The position numbers were made by a program, and so were the translations under genes. The notes below the pieces were generated by a model. That model was not told the origin of the DNA, ran no database searches, and worked only from the letters and a program-made list of their open reading frames with translations. From NCBI GenBank assembly GCA_003104935.1, contig PQAE01000002.1:67527-131526 (forward strand): 64,000 nt of DNA, in the 5' to 3' direction. This document shows positions 36,838 to 47,343 of the stretch, piece after piece; positions within the stretch are counted from its first letter, which is position 1; each line of letters starts with the position of its first letter. Origin of the DNA: Parcubacteria group bacterium. Its GTDB lineage: Bacteria > Patescibacteriota > Patescibacteriia > UBA1558 > GWA2-36-10.

Positions 36838-38166
36838 ATGTCGTCAAGCAAACCGCTAAAAACTAGACAATTACCGAAAAAAAAATTTCATCTGCTGATA
36901 TTCGGCTGTCAGATGAATATTTCGGATGCCGAACGATTGGCCAAGATATTGACCCAGATCGGTTATGAGCAAACTAAAAATGAATCTGAGGCCGACCTGA
37001 TCGCCGTGGTGGCCTGTGCAGTCCGCCAAAAAGCGGTCGATCGAATACATGGCAAAGTGCGCAACTGGCAGCTGGTTAAGGAAAAACGTCCGCTGGTCAC
37101 CCTGCTTTCCGGCTGTGTCTTGGCCGCTGACCGCAAAAAGCTGGCCGACAAATTTGATTTGTTTATTGATATTAAAAAACTAGACACTCTGCCGGAGCAG
37201 ATTCAGGCTTTGGCGCCCGAGGAAAAACTGGCCCTACCGGATTTTTTTGATATTGAACCGAGCTACTACTCGGCTTACCGGGCCTACGTGCCGATCATGA
37301 CCGGCTGTAATAAATATTGTACTTATTGCGCCGTACCCTACACCCGCGGCAAGGAAATTTCCCGGCCTTCGGCCAATATCTTGGAAGAAATTCAGCATTT
37401 GCTGGAGCACGGCTACAAAGAAATAGTTTTGCTCGGCCAAAATGTAAATAGTTACGGCCTGGATAAAATGGAGGGAATAAAATTTCCCGAATTGTTGCAA
37501 AAAATTGACAAGCTTGGTGATAATTTTTGGCTGAAATTCTTAACCAGCCATCCCTACGACATGTCCGATAAACTGATAAAAGTAATGACCAAAACCAAAA
37601 ACTTGAACGACTATTTGCATTTACCGATGCAGTCCGGTTCTGATGCCCTGCTAAAAAGAATGAACCGTCATTACTCTATCGCCCAATACAAAAAATTAAT
37701 TAGAAAAATAAAAAAATCTTTACCCCAAACCGCTATATCTACAGATACTATTGTCGGATTTTGCGGAGAAACTGAGAAAGAATTTCAGGCCACTGCAAGT
37801 CTGTTAAAAACATTAAAATTTAATATGGCCTACTTGTCCCAATATTCTCAAAGGGCCGGCACCGCCGCCGCTAAGCTTTACAAAGATGATGTGCCTAAGG
37901 CGGTGAAAAAGGAACGCTGGAACAAACTCAATAAAATACTGACAAAAAATTCCCTAGATTTTAATAAAACCATGCTCGGCCAAACCAGAGATGCGCTAAT
38001 CGATTACGTTGACAAAACTGGTAATATTTATAATAATATTGGGAAATTATCAAATTATATTTCAGTGCACATAGCCACAACAAAACCCTTACCTATCGGC
38101 GAATTTACCCAAGTAAAAATTGTTGAGGCCAAAGCCTGGGGCGTCAAGGCGGAAGTGGTAAAGTAA
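36838..38166 (+). CDS. miaB: tRNA-i6A37 methylthiotransferase (radical SAM MTTase)
   Basis: N-terminal MTTase domain (HLLIFGCQMN), a radical-SAM CNKYCTYC motif and a TRAM C-terminus. Confidence 0.85.
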   Translation: MSSSKPLKTRQLPKKKFHLLIFGCQMNISDAERLAKILTQIGYEQTKNESEADLIAVVACAVRQKAVDRIHGKVRNWQLVKEKRPLVTLLSGCVLAADRKKLADKFDLFIDIKKLDTLPEQIQALAPEEKLALPDFFDIEPSYYSAYRAYVPIMTGCNKYCTYCAVPYTRGKEISRPSANILEEIQHLLEHGYKEIVLLGQNVNSYGLDKMEGIKFPELLQKIDKLGDNFWLKFLTSHPYDMSDKLIKVMTKTKNLNDYLHLPMQSGSDALLKRMNRHYSIAQYKKLIRKIKKSLPQTAISTDTIVGFCGETEKEFQATASLLKTLKFNMAYLSQYSQRAGTAAAKLYKDDVPKAVKKERWNKLNKILTKNSLDFNKTMLGQTRDALIDYVDKTGNIYNNIGKLSNYISVHIATTKPLPIGEFTQVKIVEAKAWGVKAEVVK

Positions 38167-38192
38167 AAAATAACAATTTAGGAAGAAAAGCG

Positions 38193-38477
38193 ATGTCACA
38201 AGGATTTGTTTATATTTTGACGAATAAGAATAATGCCGTATTATATACGGGAGCTACTAATGATCTGATTCGGCGCACTTATGAACACAAAAACCGCTTG
38301 GTGGAAGGATTTACCAAAAGGTATAATATAGATAAACTGGTATACCACGAGGTGCTGGAAGATATTTTTCAGGCCTACCAGAGGGAAAAACAAATAAAAA
38401 ATTTACTTCGGACCAAGAAAATCAAATTAATTAACAATTTTAATCCCGAATGGAAAGACTTGTATAATACCTTGTAG
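38193..38477 (+). CDS. GIY-YIG nuclease family protein (stand-alone)
   Basis: 94 aa with GFVYILTNKNNAVLYTGATNDLIRRTYEH, matching the GIY-YIG motifs. Confidence 0.75.
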   Translation: MSQGFVYILTNKNNAVLYTGATNDLIRRTYEHKNRLVEGFTKRYNIDKLVYHEVLEDIFQAYQREKQIKNLLRTKKIKLINNFNPEWKDLYNTL

Positions 38478-38490
38478 TTAATCGAACCGC

Positions 38491-38576
38491 TTTTCTGGAG
38501 CGAAGCGATAGAAACTCCTTACGAATCAACTTGAGATTCTATCGCCCCTCGTCTGCGCTCGGGGCTCCAGAATGGC
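38491..38576. repeat. MITE-like element with nested inverted repeats, copy B
   Basis: TTCTGGAGC...GCTCCAGAA and CGATAGAAACT...ATTCTATCG. Same architecture as copy A. Confidence 0.5.
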
Positions 38577-38584
38577 AAACTATT

Positions 38585-39310
38585 ATGCCTAAAATAAAAC
38601 CAAAACTAATCGTCGTCATCGGTCCCACTGCTTCCGGCAAGTCGGCTTTGGCTGTTAAAATTGCCAAAAAATTTAACGGAGAAATAATTTCCGCCGACTC
38701 CCGGCAAATATATAAAGACCTAGATATCGGCGCCAATAAAACTACACAAAAAGAAATGGCCGGTATCCCCCACCACCTACTCGACATCGCCCGGCCCAAT
38801 CAAAAAATAACCCTCTTCAACTGGCAAAGAAAGGCTTTCGTCACGATAAATAAAATAATTACAAACAAAAAAATTCCGATTCTCTGCGGGGGCACCGGGC
38901 TCTATCTCTGTTCCGTATTGCAAAATTACAAAATGCCCCAGCAGAGCCGTCCCTGTCCTTATGATTTTATTATTTTCGGACTTAGCCCGAATCGCCCCGA
39001 TCTGTACAAAAAAATTGATCAGCGTGTCTTAGCCATGTTGCAGGACGGCCTGATCAAAGAAGTCGACAAAATCTACCGCCAGTATCCGGACAAAAAGCTC
39101 AATGCACTGACCGGCATCGGCTACAAAGAAATTATCGCCTGGTTGGATAATAAAATTAGTTTTCCGGAAGCTGTCCGTCAAATCCAACAAAATACACGCC
39201 ACTATGCCAAACGGCAGATGACCTGGTTCCGGCGCATGGAAAAACAAGGTTTTAAAATTCACTGGAATTTGTCTTGGCCGAAAATACAAAGCGAAATAAA
39301 AAAATTCTAA
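38585..39310 (+). CDS. miaA: tRNA dimethylallyltransferase
   Basis: P-loop VVIGPTASGKSALA followed by ISADSRQIYKDLDIG. The start is set at the internal Met MPKIKPK. Confidence 0.85.
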   Translation: MPKIKPKLIVVIGPTASGKSALAVKIAKKFNGEIISADSRQIYKDLDIGANKTTQKEMAGIPHHLLDIARPNQKITLFNWQRKAFVTINKIITNKKIPILCGGTGLYLCSVLQNYKMPQQSRPCPYDFIIFGLSPNRPDLYKKIDQRVLAMLQDGLIKEVDKIYRQYPDKKLNALTGIGYKEIIAWLDNKISFPEAVRQIQQNTRHYAKRQMTWFRRMEKQGFKIHWNLSWPKIQSEIKKF

Positions 39311-39325
39311 TTTGAAAAGGTAACT

Positions 39326-39356
39326 AAAACGCGCCGCGTCTGACGCGGCGCGTTTT
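39326..39356. terminator. bidirectional intrinsic terminator between miaA and gatB
   Basis: AAAACGCGCCGCG-TCTGA-CGCGGCGCGTTTT. Confidence 0.55.
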
Positions 39357-39363
39357 CAAATGT

Positions 39364-40872
39364 CTATTTCTTCAATTTTTCTTTAAGCAATCTTTCCACT
39401 ATCTGCGGATTAGCTTGGCCACGGCTTTCGGCCATGACTTTACCGATAAAAAATTTTAGCAGGGCCTCTTTGCCGGACTGATAAGCCCGTACTTGTTCTG
39501 GATACGACATGATGATTTTTATGACAAAGTCGCTCAAGGTAGCCTGATCGTCCTCCTGTAATAATTTTAAATCCTCGGCTATATGGCTAGGATCGTCGTC
39601 CACACCCTTGAACATCTCTCTAACGATAGTCCGCCCGGCTGAACTGTTTATTTTTTTTAGATAAATCAAGGATAAAAATTCGGCCATATTTTCGGCACTG
39701 ATTTTAAAATTTTTGTAGTCAAAATCTCCTTTGATCAGGGCAAAAATCTCGGTGCTGATCCAATTATAGGCCAATTTAGCCAGCTTTTCCCGGTGTTCGG
39801 CCCAGAGCTTGTCGGCGGCCGGACTATCCTGGGCTACTTTACGCTCGGCCAGAAGCCAGGCCTGTAGTTCAGACATCACTTCTTCAAAATATCCGGCCCA
39901 TTCTTTTTGGTTAATTAAAACCCGGGCGTCTTTATAATTTAACTGATACTCTCTGACAAAGCGCTCAGCTTTGGCCTGTGGTAATTCAGTCTGTTTGGCT
40001 TTGATCTCGGTCAATAATTCTTTGCTAATAATTAGCGGCGGTAAATCCGGCTCCGGAAAATAACGGTAATCGGAAGAACCCTCTTTAGTCCGCTGTAAAA
40101 CTGTCACGCCTTTATTTTCATCCCAACCTCTGGTCTCCGTGATCTTTGGTGCTTTTTTCTGATCCCAGAGTTTGCTTTGACGATCAATCTCAAATATCAA
40201 AGCCCGCTCTACGGAACGGAAAGAATTTAGATTTTTTATCTCTATCTTGGGATAAAGTTTAGCTTGACCTTGCGGTCGCAGAGAGATATTGGCATCGCAA
40301 CGTAATTGTCCTTTTTCCATGTCCGCATCACTCACTCCCAGATAACGCGCTATTAATCTTAATTCCTGTAAAAATTCTTTGGCTTCGGACGGTGTCCGGA
40401 AATCCGGCCTGGTTACTATCTCCGCTAAGGGCGCTCCCCCGCGATTAAAATCAGTCAGAGTATTTCCGCCTCGGTGGATATTTTTAGCGGCATCTTCTTC
40501 CAGATGCAAGCGCTCAATACCAAAACGTTTTCTTCTACTGTCAATATTTAAAATCAAATGCCCTTCACCGGCCAATGGCTCATCAAATTGGGAGATTTGA
40601 TAACCCTTGGCTAAGTCCGGATAAAAATAATTTTTCCGGTCAAATTTTGACCGCTGATTTATCTTACAGTTTAGTGCCAAAGCCATGGCCAGACCCTGAT
40701 GCACCGCGGCTTGATTAACCGTCGGCAGAGTGCCGGGATGACCCAGACAAATCGGACAAACCAAAGAATTAGGTGCCTGATTATCCCGATTCGCGCAAGC
40801 ACAAAACATCTTGCTCTTAGTCTTGAGCTGTAGGTGGATTTCCAAACCAATAATTGTTTCGTATTTACCCAT
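39364..40872 (-). CDS. gatB: Asp/Glu-tRNA amidotransferase subunit B
   Basis: 502 aa with a GatB N-terminus (YETIIGLEIHLQL) and a GatB/YqeY C-terminal domain. Confidence 0.9.
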   Translation of the reverse strand: MGKYETIIGLEIHLQLKTKSKMFCACANRDNQAPNSLVCPICLGHPGTLPTVNQAAVHQGLAMALALNCKINQRSKFDRKNYFYPDLAKGYQISQFDEPLAGEGHLILNIDSRRKRFGIERLHLEEDAAKNIHRGGNTLTDFNRGGAPLAEIVTRPDFRTPSEAKEFLQELRLIARYLGVSDADMEKGQLRCDANISLRPQGQAKLYPKIEIKNLNSFRSVERALIFEIDRQSKLWDQKKAPKITETRGWDENKGVTVLQRTKEGSSDYRYFPEPDLPPLIISKELLTEIKAKQTELPQAKAERFVREYQLNYKDARVLINQKEWAGYFEEVMSELQAWLLAERKVAQDSPAADKLWAEHREKLAKLAYNWISTEIFALIKGDFDYKNFKISAENMAEFLSLIYLKKINSSAGRTIVREMFKGVDDDPSHIAEDLKLLQEDDQATLSDFVIKIIMSYPEQVRAYQSGKEALLKFFIGKVMAESRGQANPQIVERLLKEKLKK

Positions 40873-41492
40873 TATAATATTTTATCTATGGCTGTTTTGA
40901 TTTCGGCGGCAATATTTTCCACACTACCCACAGCCTTAATCACTGACCAATTTTTATTTTCCTTTGCTTGCCGCAGATAACCCTCGCGCACGGCCAGATG
41001 AAACTCTTTAGCTTCGTTATCTAGCCGGTCTTGTTTGGACTCCCGCCGACGCTCGTCGGCCTGCTCCGGAGTGATGTCTAAATATATGACCAGATCGGGC
41101 TCCAGGTCGTATTTGGCCCACTGATTCATTTCTCTTATTACTGCTAAATCTAACTGCCGCGCCGCACCTTGATAAGCAAAAGTGGACCCATCAAAACGAT
41201 CACATAGTACAATTTTATTCTGGGATAAAGCCGGTTCCACTACTTCCTTGACGTGCTGAGCGCGGGAGGCTAAAAAAAGCAATAATTCAGTGCGGCTGTC
41301 CATAGCCCCGTGTTCTTTATCCAGGATGATTGATCTTATTTTTTCGGCGATAACTGACCCGCTCCCTCCCGGCTCTCTGGTCAGCAGTATATCTTTCCCC
41401 TGGGAAATTAAATACTGCTTGGCCAGTTCAATCTGGGTGCTCTTACCGGACTTATCCCCACCTTCAAAAACTATAAATTTTCCACTGGCCAT
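40872..41492 (-). CDS. tmk: thymidylate kinase
   Basis: FIVFEGGDKSGKST P-loop and a DRF/lid region. Confidence 0.85.
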   Translation of the reverse strand: MASGKFIVFEGGDKSGKSTQIELAKQYLISQGKDILLTREPGGSGSVIAEKIRSIILDKEHGAMDSRTELLLFLASRAQHVKEVVEPALSQNKIVLCDRFDGSTFAYQGAARQLDLAVIREMNQWAKYDLEPDLVIYLDITPEQADERRRESKQDRLDNEAKEFHLAVREGYLRQAKENKNWSVIKAVGSVENIAAEIKTAIDKIL

Positions 41493-41523
41493 GTCTTATT
41501 ATAATAACACAAAAAATGACATT

Positions 41524-42135
41524 TTACTGCTTATTTTTTTCTATGTGACAGTGACGGCAAAGAGGAATATAAGCCTCTGATCCGCCGACCAAGATCTTTT
41601 CCGTTGACTTGACGATGCGATGACTGCGCGAAGCCAGTTTGCCGCAACCACGGCAGACCGGATGTAATTTTTCTACAAACTCGGCTTCGGCCAGGAGCTC
41701 AGGGACTCCGGCAAAAGGCTTACCGGCGTAATCCTGATCTAAGAAAGTAACAATCACTACTTTGCCGCTGTCGGCTAATTTGCGGATATCTCTGGTTAAA
41801 TCGTCTGTTTTTAGAAATTGAGCTTCATCAATAGCTACGATATCTACCTCATTATTTTCCAGCCATCGAAATATGTCCGCCATACTACTGACATTTTGGG
41901 CATTGAAAGAAGAGCCTTTGTGGGTCACTACCTTTTCGTCATCATAGCGGTCGTCCAACTTACTTTTAAAAAGAGCAATTTTTTTTGCCGCGTCTTTTCT
42001 GACTTCATTGGTAATCTCAATACGGTTAAGCTGTTTTAAGAGCTCTTCGCTTTTGCCGGCAAACATGGCTCCGGTAATCACCCAGATAAATCCGCCCCGG
42101 CACATGACCATAGCATTGTCTAAAAAAATTTCCAT
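41524..42135 (-). CDS. tdk: thymidine kinase
   Basis: P-loop GAMFAGKSEEL and a C-terminal zinc ribbon (CxxCG...CRHC). Confidence 0.85.
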   Translation of the reverse strand: MEIFLDNAMVMCRGGFIWVITGAMFAGKSEELLKQLNRIEITNEVRKDAAKKIALFKSKLDDRYDDEKVVTHKGSSFNAQNVSSMADIFRWLENNEVDIVAIDEAQFLKTDDLTRDIRKLADSGKVVIVTFLDQDYAGKPFAGVPELLAEAEFVEKLHPVCRGCGKLASRSHRIVKSTEKILVGGSEAYIPLCRHCHIEKNKQ

Positions 42136-42163
42136 GACCGAAAAATTTAATTATTTAAAATTA

Positions 42164-42586
42164 TTAGTAACCCGAGGAGCCTTCCCGCCCGGCACCACGG
42201 ACGGTCTGGTCCAGCTCTTTTGTTTCCGCAAAAACCGGACTTTCGTGTTTTTCTATAATCAGCTGGGCGATACGGTCGCCGGCTTTGATTTGATAATCTT
42301 CGTCGGACAAATTAATCATCGCCACTACTAATTCACCGCGATAATTGGAATCGACCACGCCGGCCAAAGTATGTAAGCCATGCTTTACCGCCAAGCCGCT
42401 CCGGTCGCGCACATTGCCCCAGTAACCTTCGGGAATGGCTATAGCCACGCCCGTTTTTAGCACTGTCCTCTGCCCGGCAGGCAATAAGACATCGTCTAAA
42501 GAGCTAACATCAAAACCGGCGTCGCCCGGATGCATAGCTTGCGGCATAGTCGCCCGATTGTCTAATTTTTTAATTTTTATCTCCAT
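42164..42586 (-). CDS. dut: dUTP diphosphatase
   Basis: dUTPase motifs AGFDV and GVVDSNYRGEL. Confidence 0.85.
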   Translation of the reverse strand: MEIKIKKLDNRATMPQAMHPGDAGFDVSSLDDVLLPAGQRTVLKTGVAIAIPEGYWGNVRDRSGLAVKHGLHTLAGVVDSNYRGELVVAMINLSDEDYQIKAGDRIAQLIIEKHESPVFAETKELDQTVRGAGREGSSGY

Positions 42587-43076
42587 CTTTTACCAGTTCT
42601 ACAAACTTAAATCTGATTCCATTATACTCCTGTTTTTCTTCTTTTAATACTTGGTTAAACTCTCCGTATTCGGGAAAAAAAGTGTCGGCTGGATACACGG
42701 CATCAATCATCGTCAGATATAATTTGTCGGCATATTTTATAGCCTGACGATAGATGGATGCGCCACCGATAAAAAATATTTCGCTGTCTCCTGATTTTTT
42801 AGACCAGTTCAAGGCCTCTTCGATGGAATGAAAAACCGGACAATCCACCGGTGCAACAAAATTTTTATCCAAAGACAAGATTACATTAATGCGTTTGGGT
42901 AAGGGTTTAGAACCCAGAGACTCAAAAGTAGTCTGCCCCATAATTACTATGTGCCCGCTGGTTATTGCTTTAAAATGCTTCAGGTCATCAGGCAAGTGTA
43001 CTAAAAGCTTATTTTTGTAGCCGATGCCCCGGTCTTTGGCAATGGCGGCGATGATGCTGATAGTTGGTATGTTCAT
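42570..43076 (-). CDS. folA: dihydrofolate reductase
   Basis: ISIIAAIAKDRGIG...LP and a DHFR fold pattern. Overlaps dut by 17 bp. Confidence 0.85.
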   Translation of the reverse strand: MNIPTISIIAAIAKDRGIGYKNKLLVHLPDDLKHFKAITSGHIVIMGQTTFESLGSKPLPKRINVILSLDKNFVAPVDCPVFHSIEEALNWSKKSGDSEIFFIGGASIYRQAIKYADKLYLTMIDAVYPADTFFPEYGEFNQVLKEEKQEYNGIRFKFVELVKDGDKN

Positions 43077-43143
43077 ATTATTTATTTAAACCTTTCTACC
43101 CCCCCCCACCATCTCCACCTTACCAAGGGGGAGGGAGAGGGGG

Positions 43144-44040
43144 TTAAACCGCTATCGGCGCTTTAATACTGGGATAAGGATCATAATTTTCCAAGGTAAA
43201 ATCTTCGTACATAAAATCTTCAATATTTTTAATATCCGGATTTATTTTCATGGTCGGCAAACCGCGCGGTGTCCGGGATAACTGTTCTTTGACCTGATCA
43301 AAATGATTAAGATAAATATGAGTGTCTCCGTAGGTATGGACAAAAGTACCCGGTTGCAGACCGGTCACCTGCGCCACCATCATCAGTAGTAACGAATAGG
43401 AAGCGATATTAAAAGGTACGCCCAAAAAAGTATCACAAGAGCGCTGATACATTTGGACCGATAACTTGCCCTTGGCGACATAAAACTGGAAAAAGCAATG
43501 ACAGGGCGGCAAAGCCGTCAGTGGTACCTCCGGCGGATTCCAGGCGCTCACAATCAGTCGCCGGTCATTAGGTTTAGTTTTTATACGTTCAATAACTTCT
43601 TTGAGTTGATCCACACCGCCAAAATCTCGCCACTGTTTGCCGTAGCCCGGTCCGATGCTCCCCCACTTTTTAGCAAACTCCTCGTCCGCCTTAATATTAT
43701 TTATATATTCCTCCAACTTTTTATCCCAGGCCTCACTGTATTTAGGAAACTCCGTGGTCAAATTATTGAGCTCCAAATATTTTTGAAAAGGCCACTCATT
43801 CCAAATACTGACCCCGTTATCTACTAAATATCTAATATTAGTGTCGCCGTGGATAAACCAAATCAGTTCGTGAATAATTGCTTTAAGAAACATTTTTTTG
43901 GTGGTCAGTAGTGGAAAACCATCAGCCAGATCAAATCTAAGCTGGGCGCCAAAAATACTGCGCGTACCCACGCCGGTGCGGTCGTCTTTATCAACCCCTT
44001 CTTCTATAATCTTTCTTAATAGATCTAGATACTGTTTCAT
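43144..44040 (-). CDS. thyA: thymidylate synthase (ThyA)
   Basis: MKQYLDLL...DRTGVGT and the active-site Cys motif PCH. The start is moved to MKQYL. Confidence 0.9.
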   Translation of the reverse strand: MKQYLDLLRKIIEEGVDKDDRTGVGTRSIFGAQLRFDLADGFPLLTTKKMFLKAIIHELIWFIHGDTNIRYLVDNGVSIWNEWPFQKYLELNNLTTEFPKYSEAWDKKLEEYINNIKADEEFAKKWGSIGPGYGKQWRDFGGVDQLKEVIERIKTKPNDRRLIVSAWNPPEVPLTALPPCHCFFQFYVAKGKLSVQMYQRSCDTFLGVPFNIASYSLLLMMVAQVTGLQPGTFVHTYGDTHIYLNHFDQVKEQLSRTPRGLPTMKINPDIKNIEDFMYEDFTLENYDPYPSIKAPIAV

Positions 44041-44123
44041 AAATTTAATCCTGCACCATCCATAGCCTTGGCGAAGGATGGTCATCCATTATTTTCTTTA
44101 GTAACCGCAAATATTGCCGCATA

Positions 44124-44603
44124 TTATTTCAGACGCTCACAAAATTCACTAAGCTTATTATTCTCAATAAAATTATTAAAATCATGAGCCTTCAAAGTGG
44201 CGGCATTTTTAGTACAATAATAAAATTCACTATAGGTATCTTTTAAAATCAAATCATTTTTATTTTGACTCAGACTATCCCAATCTTCACTAGCCACATT
44301 AGCTAGCACATTTGTTTTATAAAAATCCTTCCGGCAATCATAGTGCGGCATAAAATAATAACCTTGTTCTAATTTTTGTATTGGGCCAAGTTTTCTGGAC
44401 CAACCGTCTATGTTGCCCTGCGCATTTAGCAGAAAAACCGCTTTATCGGAAAAATCATAAGGTCCCTTGAAAACATAATTACAGATTGTGCCCGGACCAG
44501 CCTTAGTATCGTCTACTACCGCCAGCCTGTGAAAACGATTATACAAAAGCCACGCCGTAGCGCTAAGCAGTATAATTATTAATAAAATTTTTAATATTTT
44601 CAT
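44124..44603 (-). CDS. hypothetical secreted/membrane-anchored protein
   Basis: 159 aa with an N-terminal signal/TM helix and several Cys. Confidence 0.4.
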   Translation of the reverse strand: MKILKILLIIILLSATAWLLYNRFHRLAVVDDTKAGPGTICNYVFKGPYDFSDKAVFLLNAQGNIDGWSRKLGPIQKLEQGYYFMPHYDCRKDFYKTNVLANVASEDWDSLSQNKNDLILKDTYSEFYYCTKNAATLKAHDFNNFIENNKLSEFCERLK

Positions 44604-45142
44604 TTCAGTAAATTATCTAATTGCCGATATAACTCTTCCGCTGAACCGTTGTTATCCACGACCACATCGGCTAACTTCATCAGAGGCGGAATATTCACTT
44701 CTGTTTCTAATTGGTGGTCGGCCAAAAACTGTTCCCAGGTCTTATTTTTGTCATCCGGATTTTCCGCACGTCTGGTCAATCTTTCATATCTAATTTTGGG
44801 ATCCGCTTCAATAGATACCAGCTTGAAACCTGCTATTTTTTTTAAATGTTCTACGTCAGCCTGACGCCGCGCGCCGTCTACGACCACGATTTTAGCATCT
44901 GATTTGGCTACATCCGCGGCCATGACCTTGGCAAAAAGGTCTTCGCCAAATCTTTCTCTGAGTAAAGTAGAAAGATTAGACATATTTTCCCGCGAATGTT
45001 CCAGATACAAACGATCCAAGACATCGCGCATAATAGTGGAGAAGCGAAAGGATTGGGCTCCGTATTTTTCTACAAAATATTTAGCCACCGTGCCTTTGCC
45101 GCTGGAAAGTAATCCTACTAATACTATTATTTTTTTAGTCAT
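44600..45142 (-). CDS. P-loop nucleoside/nucleotide kinase (adenylate/dNMP kinase-like)
   Basis: 180 aa with the Walker [10 protein letters not shown]. Its position inside the dNTP-metabolism cluster suggests the substrate class. Confidence 0.45.
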
Positions 45143-45575
45143 TACTAATTATGTTTAAAGCATAAAGACACATCTGGCGGACGGCCTCCGGCATATTGGC
45201 CAAATTTTCAATCTCCTCTTTATCAAACCATTTGATATCCAGGCTCTCGTTGCTTTTTTTTACTTGATCAGTGCTGGCGGTCATTAAATAATACTGACAA
45301 TAGTGGTTATGGTCTCCGACGCTATGGACATCAGCGTGAAAGGGCAAAGGATTACTTTTGATTTCATCAGCTGTCTGCGGCAAAGAACTATAATTTACAT
45401 ATTCCGCACTTATCCCCGCTTCTTCCTGTAATTCGCGAAGCACGGCCTCATCCGGCGTCTCATCTGCTTCGATATGACCACCGGGACACAGCCATTTATT
45501 TAACTTGGTATGCAAAACTAATAATACTTTCTGATTAAAAACTACAACCGCGCCAATGGTTAAATCAGTTTTCAT
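45135..45575 (-). CDS. NUDIX hydrolase
   Basis: Nudix box [24 protein letters not shown]. Confidence 0.75.
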
Positions 45576-45577
45576 AT

Positions 45578-46153
45578 TTATTGAATAGTAAGTTTCTTAG
45601 CCGGCACAAACTGCCTATATTTTATTCCTGCGGCCTCTAACAGTTTTTTGGACGCTACCCACAAGTCAACATCCTTATATTTGTCATCCTGATACACTAC
45701 TTCCGTGATTCTGTTTTGAATTATAGCCTTGGCACAATCATTGCAGGGAAACAAATGACAATAAAGCACACTGCCCTTCACTGACTTATTGGCATTAAAA
45801 ATGGCATTTACCTCGGCATGCACGATGTAGGGATATTTGGTGTTTAGAAATTCTTTCTTTTCATAGCCGCCTTCACGATCCCAGGGAAAAGCATCTTGAT
45901 CCACGCCGCGCGGCCAGCCATTATACCCCATGCCCAAAACGATATGATTTTGATCCACGATCACGGCTCCGGTCTGGGTGCTCGGGTCTTTGGACCTCTG
46001 GGCGATCAGATCCGCCATAAACATAAAAGTTTCATCCCATGATAAGTAATCTTTTCTGGCTTCGGCCTTAGACATATTTTTATAATTTAACTCTCTAATT
46101 TTAGCAAAATAGACTGCTTTAATCAAACTTAAAAATTGGCTTACATTAGCCAA
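45578..46153 (-). CDS. dCMP deaminase
   Basis: Cytidine/deoxycytidylate deaminase zinc motifs HAEVNAI and PCNDCAK. Confidence 0.85.
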
Positions 46154-46234
46154 AAAAACTTAATAATTTTTCCCGACATAGCGCCCAATCACTTTTTATG
46201 GCTTAACCCGCGAGCCCGGAGGGCTTTTACGGGT

Positions 46235-46801
46235 TTAGCCAATATTTTTGAGTATTTTAACCTTATTTTTGTAGTCCGGCACAGTCCGGGCTACGAGCTT
46301 CCAAAAACGCTGGGAATGATTCATCTCACCCAGATGACAAAGCTCATGCACAATGATGTAGTCCGCCAAATCTGCGGGTAATAAACAGAGACGATAATTA
46401 AAATTAAGATTTTTTCTGGTAGAACAAGAGCCCCAGCGTGTACTCTGATTGCGCACTGACACCCGCCGAAAAGTAAAATTATAAGTCCGATTAAAAAGCG
46501 CCAAACGCTGTTCGACCAGTTCCGTTGTTCTTTTTTTATAGATTATAATCTGTTCCGGACTATGGTGTAAACTCATCAGACCAGCGTGCTGTTTTTGTCT
46601 GGTTACATTTTCCAAAATCCACTGCCACTTCTGTTGCAAATAGCGTTGGATCAAAAAAAGTGGATACAACTTTGGCACGGTTATCTGCACCGAGGCATCA
46701 GCGCGCACAGCCAGACGGATATAGCGTAAACGGCGAACCCGCTTGATCCGATAATGAATATTTTGCCCGCCCAGACTGATTTCTTTAATTTCCGGCCCCA
46801 T
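46235..46801 (-). CDS. DUF45/YgjP-like metal-dependent hydrolase
   Basis: HELCHLGEMNHSQRFW matches the HExxH...NHS motif of the family. Confidence 0.7.
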   Translation of the reverse strand: MGPEIKEISLGGQNIHYRIKRVRRLRYIRLAVRADASVQITVPKLYPLFLIQRYLQQKWQWILENVTRQKQHAGLMSLHHSPEQIIIYKKRTTELVEQRLALFNRTYNFTFRRVSVRNQSTRWGSCSTRKNLNFNYRLCLLPADLADYIIVHELCHLGEMNHSQRFWKLVARTVPDYKNKVKILKNIG

Positions 46802-47183
46802 GGTTTTCCAGATTATCCTGTAAAACTAATTGTCCGGCCTGAGTGTAAGCCCGGATCAGCCCCCCTACTCCCAGTTTAGTGCCGCCAAAATAGCGCACTA
46901 CCACTAACAGACAATCCATAATATCTTTTTTCTGCAATAAATATAATAATGGCTGGCCGGCCGAACCGCCGGGTTCGCGGTCATTATGAAATTTTTCCCG
47001 AATGTATCCATCTTCGTCAATACGGTAGGCATAAACAAGATGAGATGCATCACTGTATTTTTTTTCCAATTCAGCCAATTGCGCTTTTGCCTGTTCAATT
47101 GAAGTAATATAAAAAACCAAGCTCAAAAACTTGGACTTTTTTACTATTATTTGTCCTTGGCCCAAACCGATTATTTTCAACAT
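46785..47183 (-). CDS. IMPACT/YigZ family protein
   Basis: KSKF...YAYR...EPGGSAGQP...RYFGGTKLGVGGLIRAY matches the UPF0029 signature. Confidence 0.75.
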   Translation of the reverse strand: MLKIIGLGQGQIIVKKSKFLSLVFYITSIEQAKAQLAELEKKYSDASHLVYAYRIDEDGYIREKFHNDREPGGSAGQPLLYLLQKKDIMDCLLVVVRYFGGTKLGVGGLIRAYTQAGQLVLQDNLENHGAGN

Positions 47184-47196
47184 CCGGTCTGCTGTT

Positions 47197-47343
47197 CTAA
47201 ATCCTATTTTTCCGACGCAACAAGCTAATACCGACTAAAATCAGAAGCACTCCCCAGGAATAACCCCAAAAACTGCCGCTGATCCAACCGGCTTGCTGGG
47301 CAATGGAAAAGGCCCCGAGGACAATAAGCAATACACCAAACAT
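47197..47343 (-). CDS. small hydrophobic peptide (48 aa; below the ORF-track cutoff)
   Basis: MFGVLLIVLGAFSIAQQAGWISGSFWGYSWGVLLILVGISLLRRKNRI. A TTGGAT-18-TATAAT promoter precedes it on the minus strand at 47366-47395. Confidence 0.3.
   Translation of the reverse strand: MFGVLLIVLGAFSIAQQAGWISGSFWGYSWGVLLILVGISLLRRKNRI

Noticed and set aside
43077-43143. C8 tract plus GGGGGAGGGAGAGGGGG palindrome between thyA and folA as a regulatory G-quadruplex or phase-variation switch
   Set aside because: It is a single copy that fits a simple terminator or attenuator hairpin. Kept only as a minor note within the nucleotide-cluster finding.
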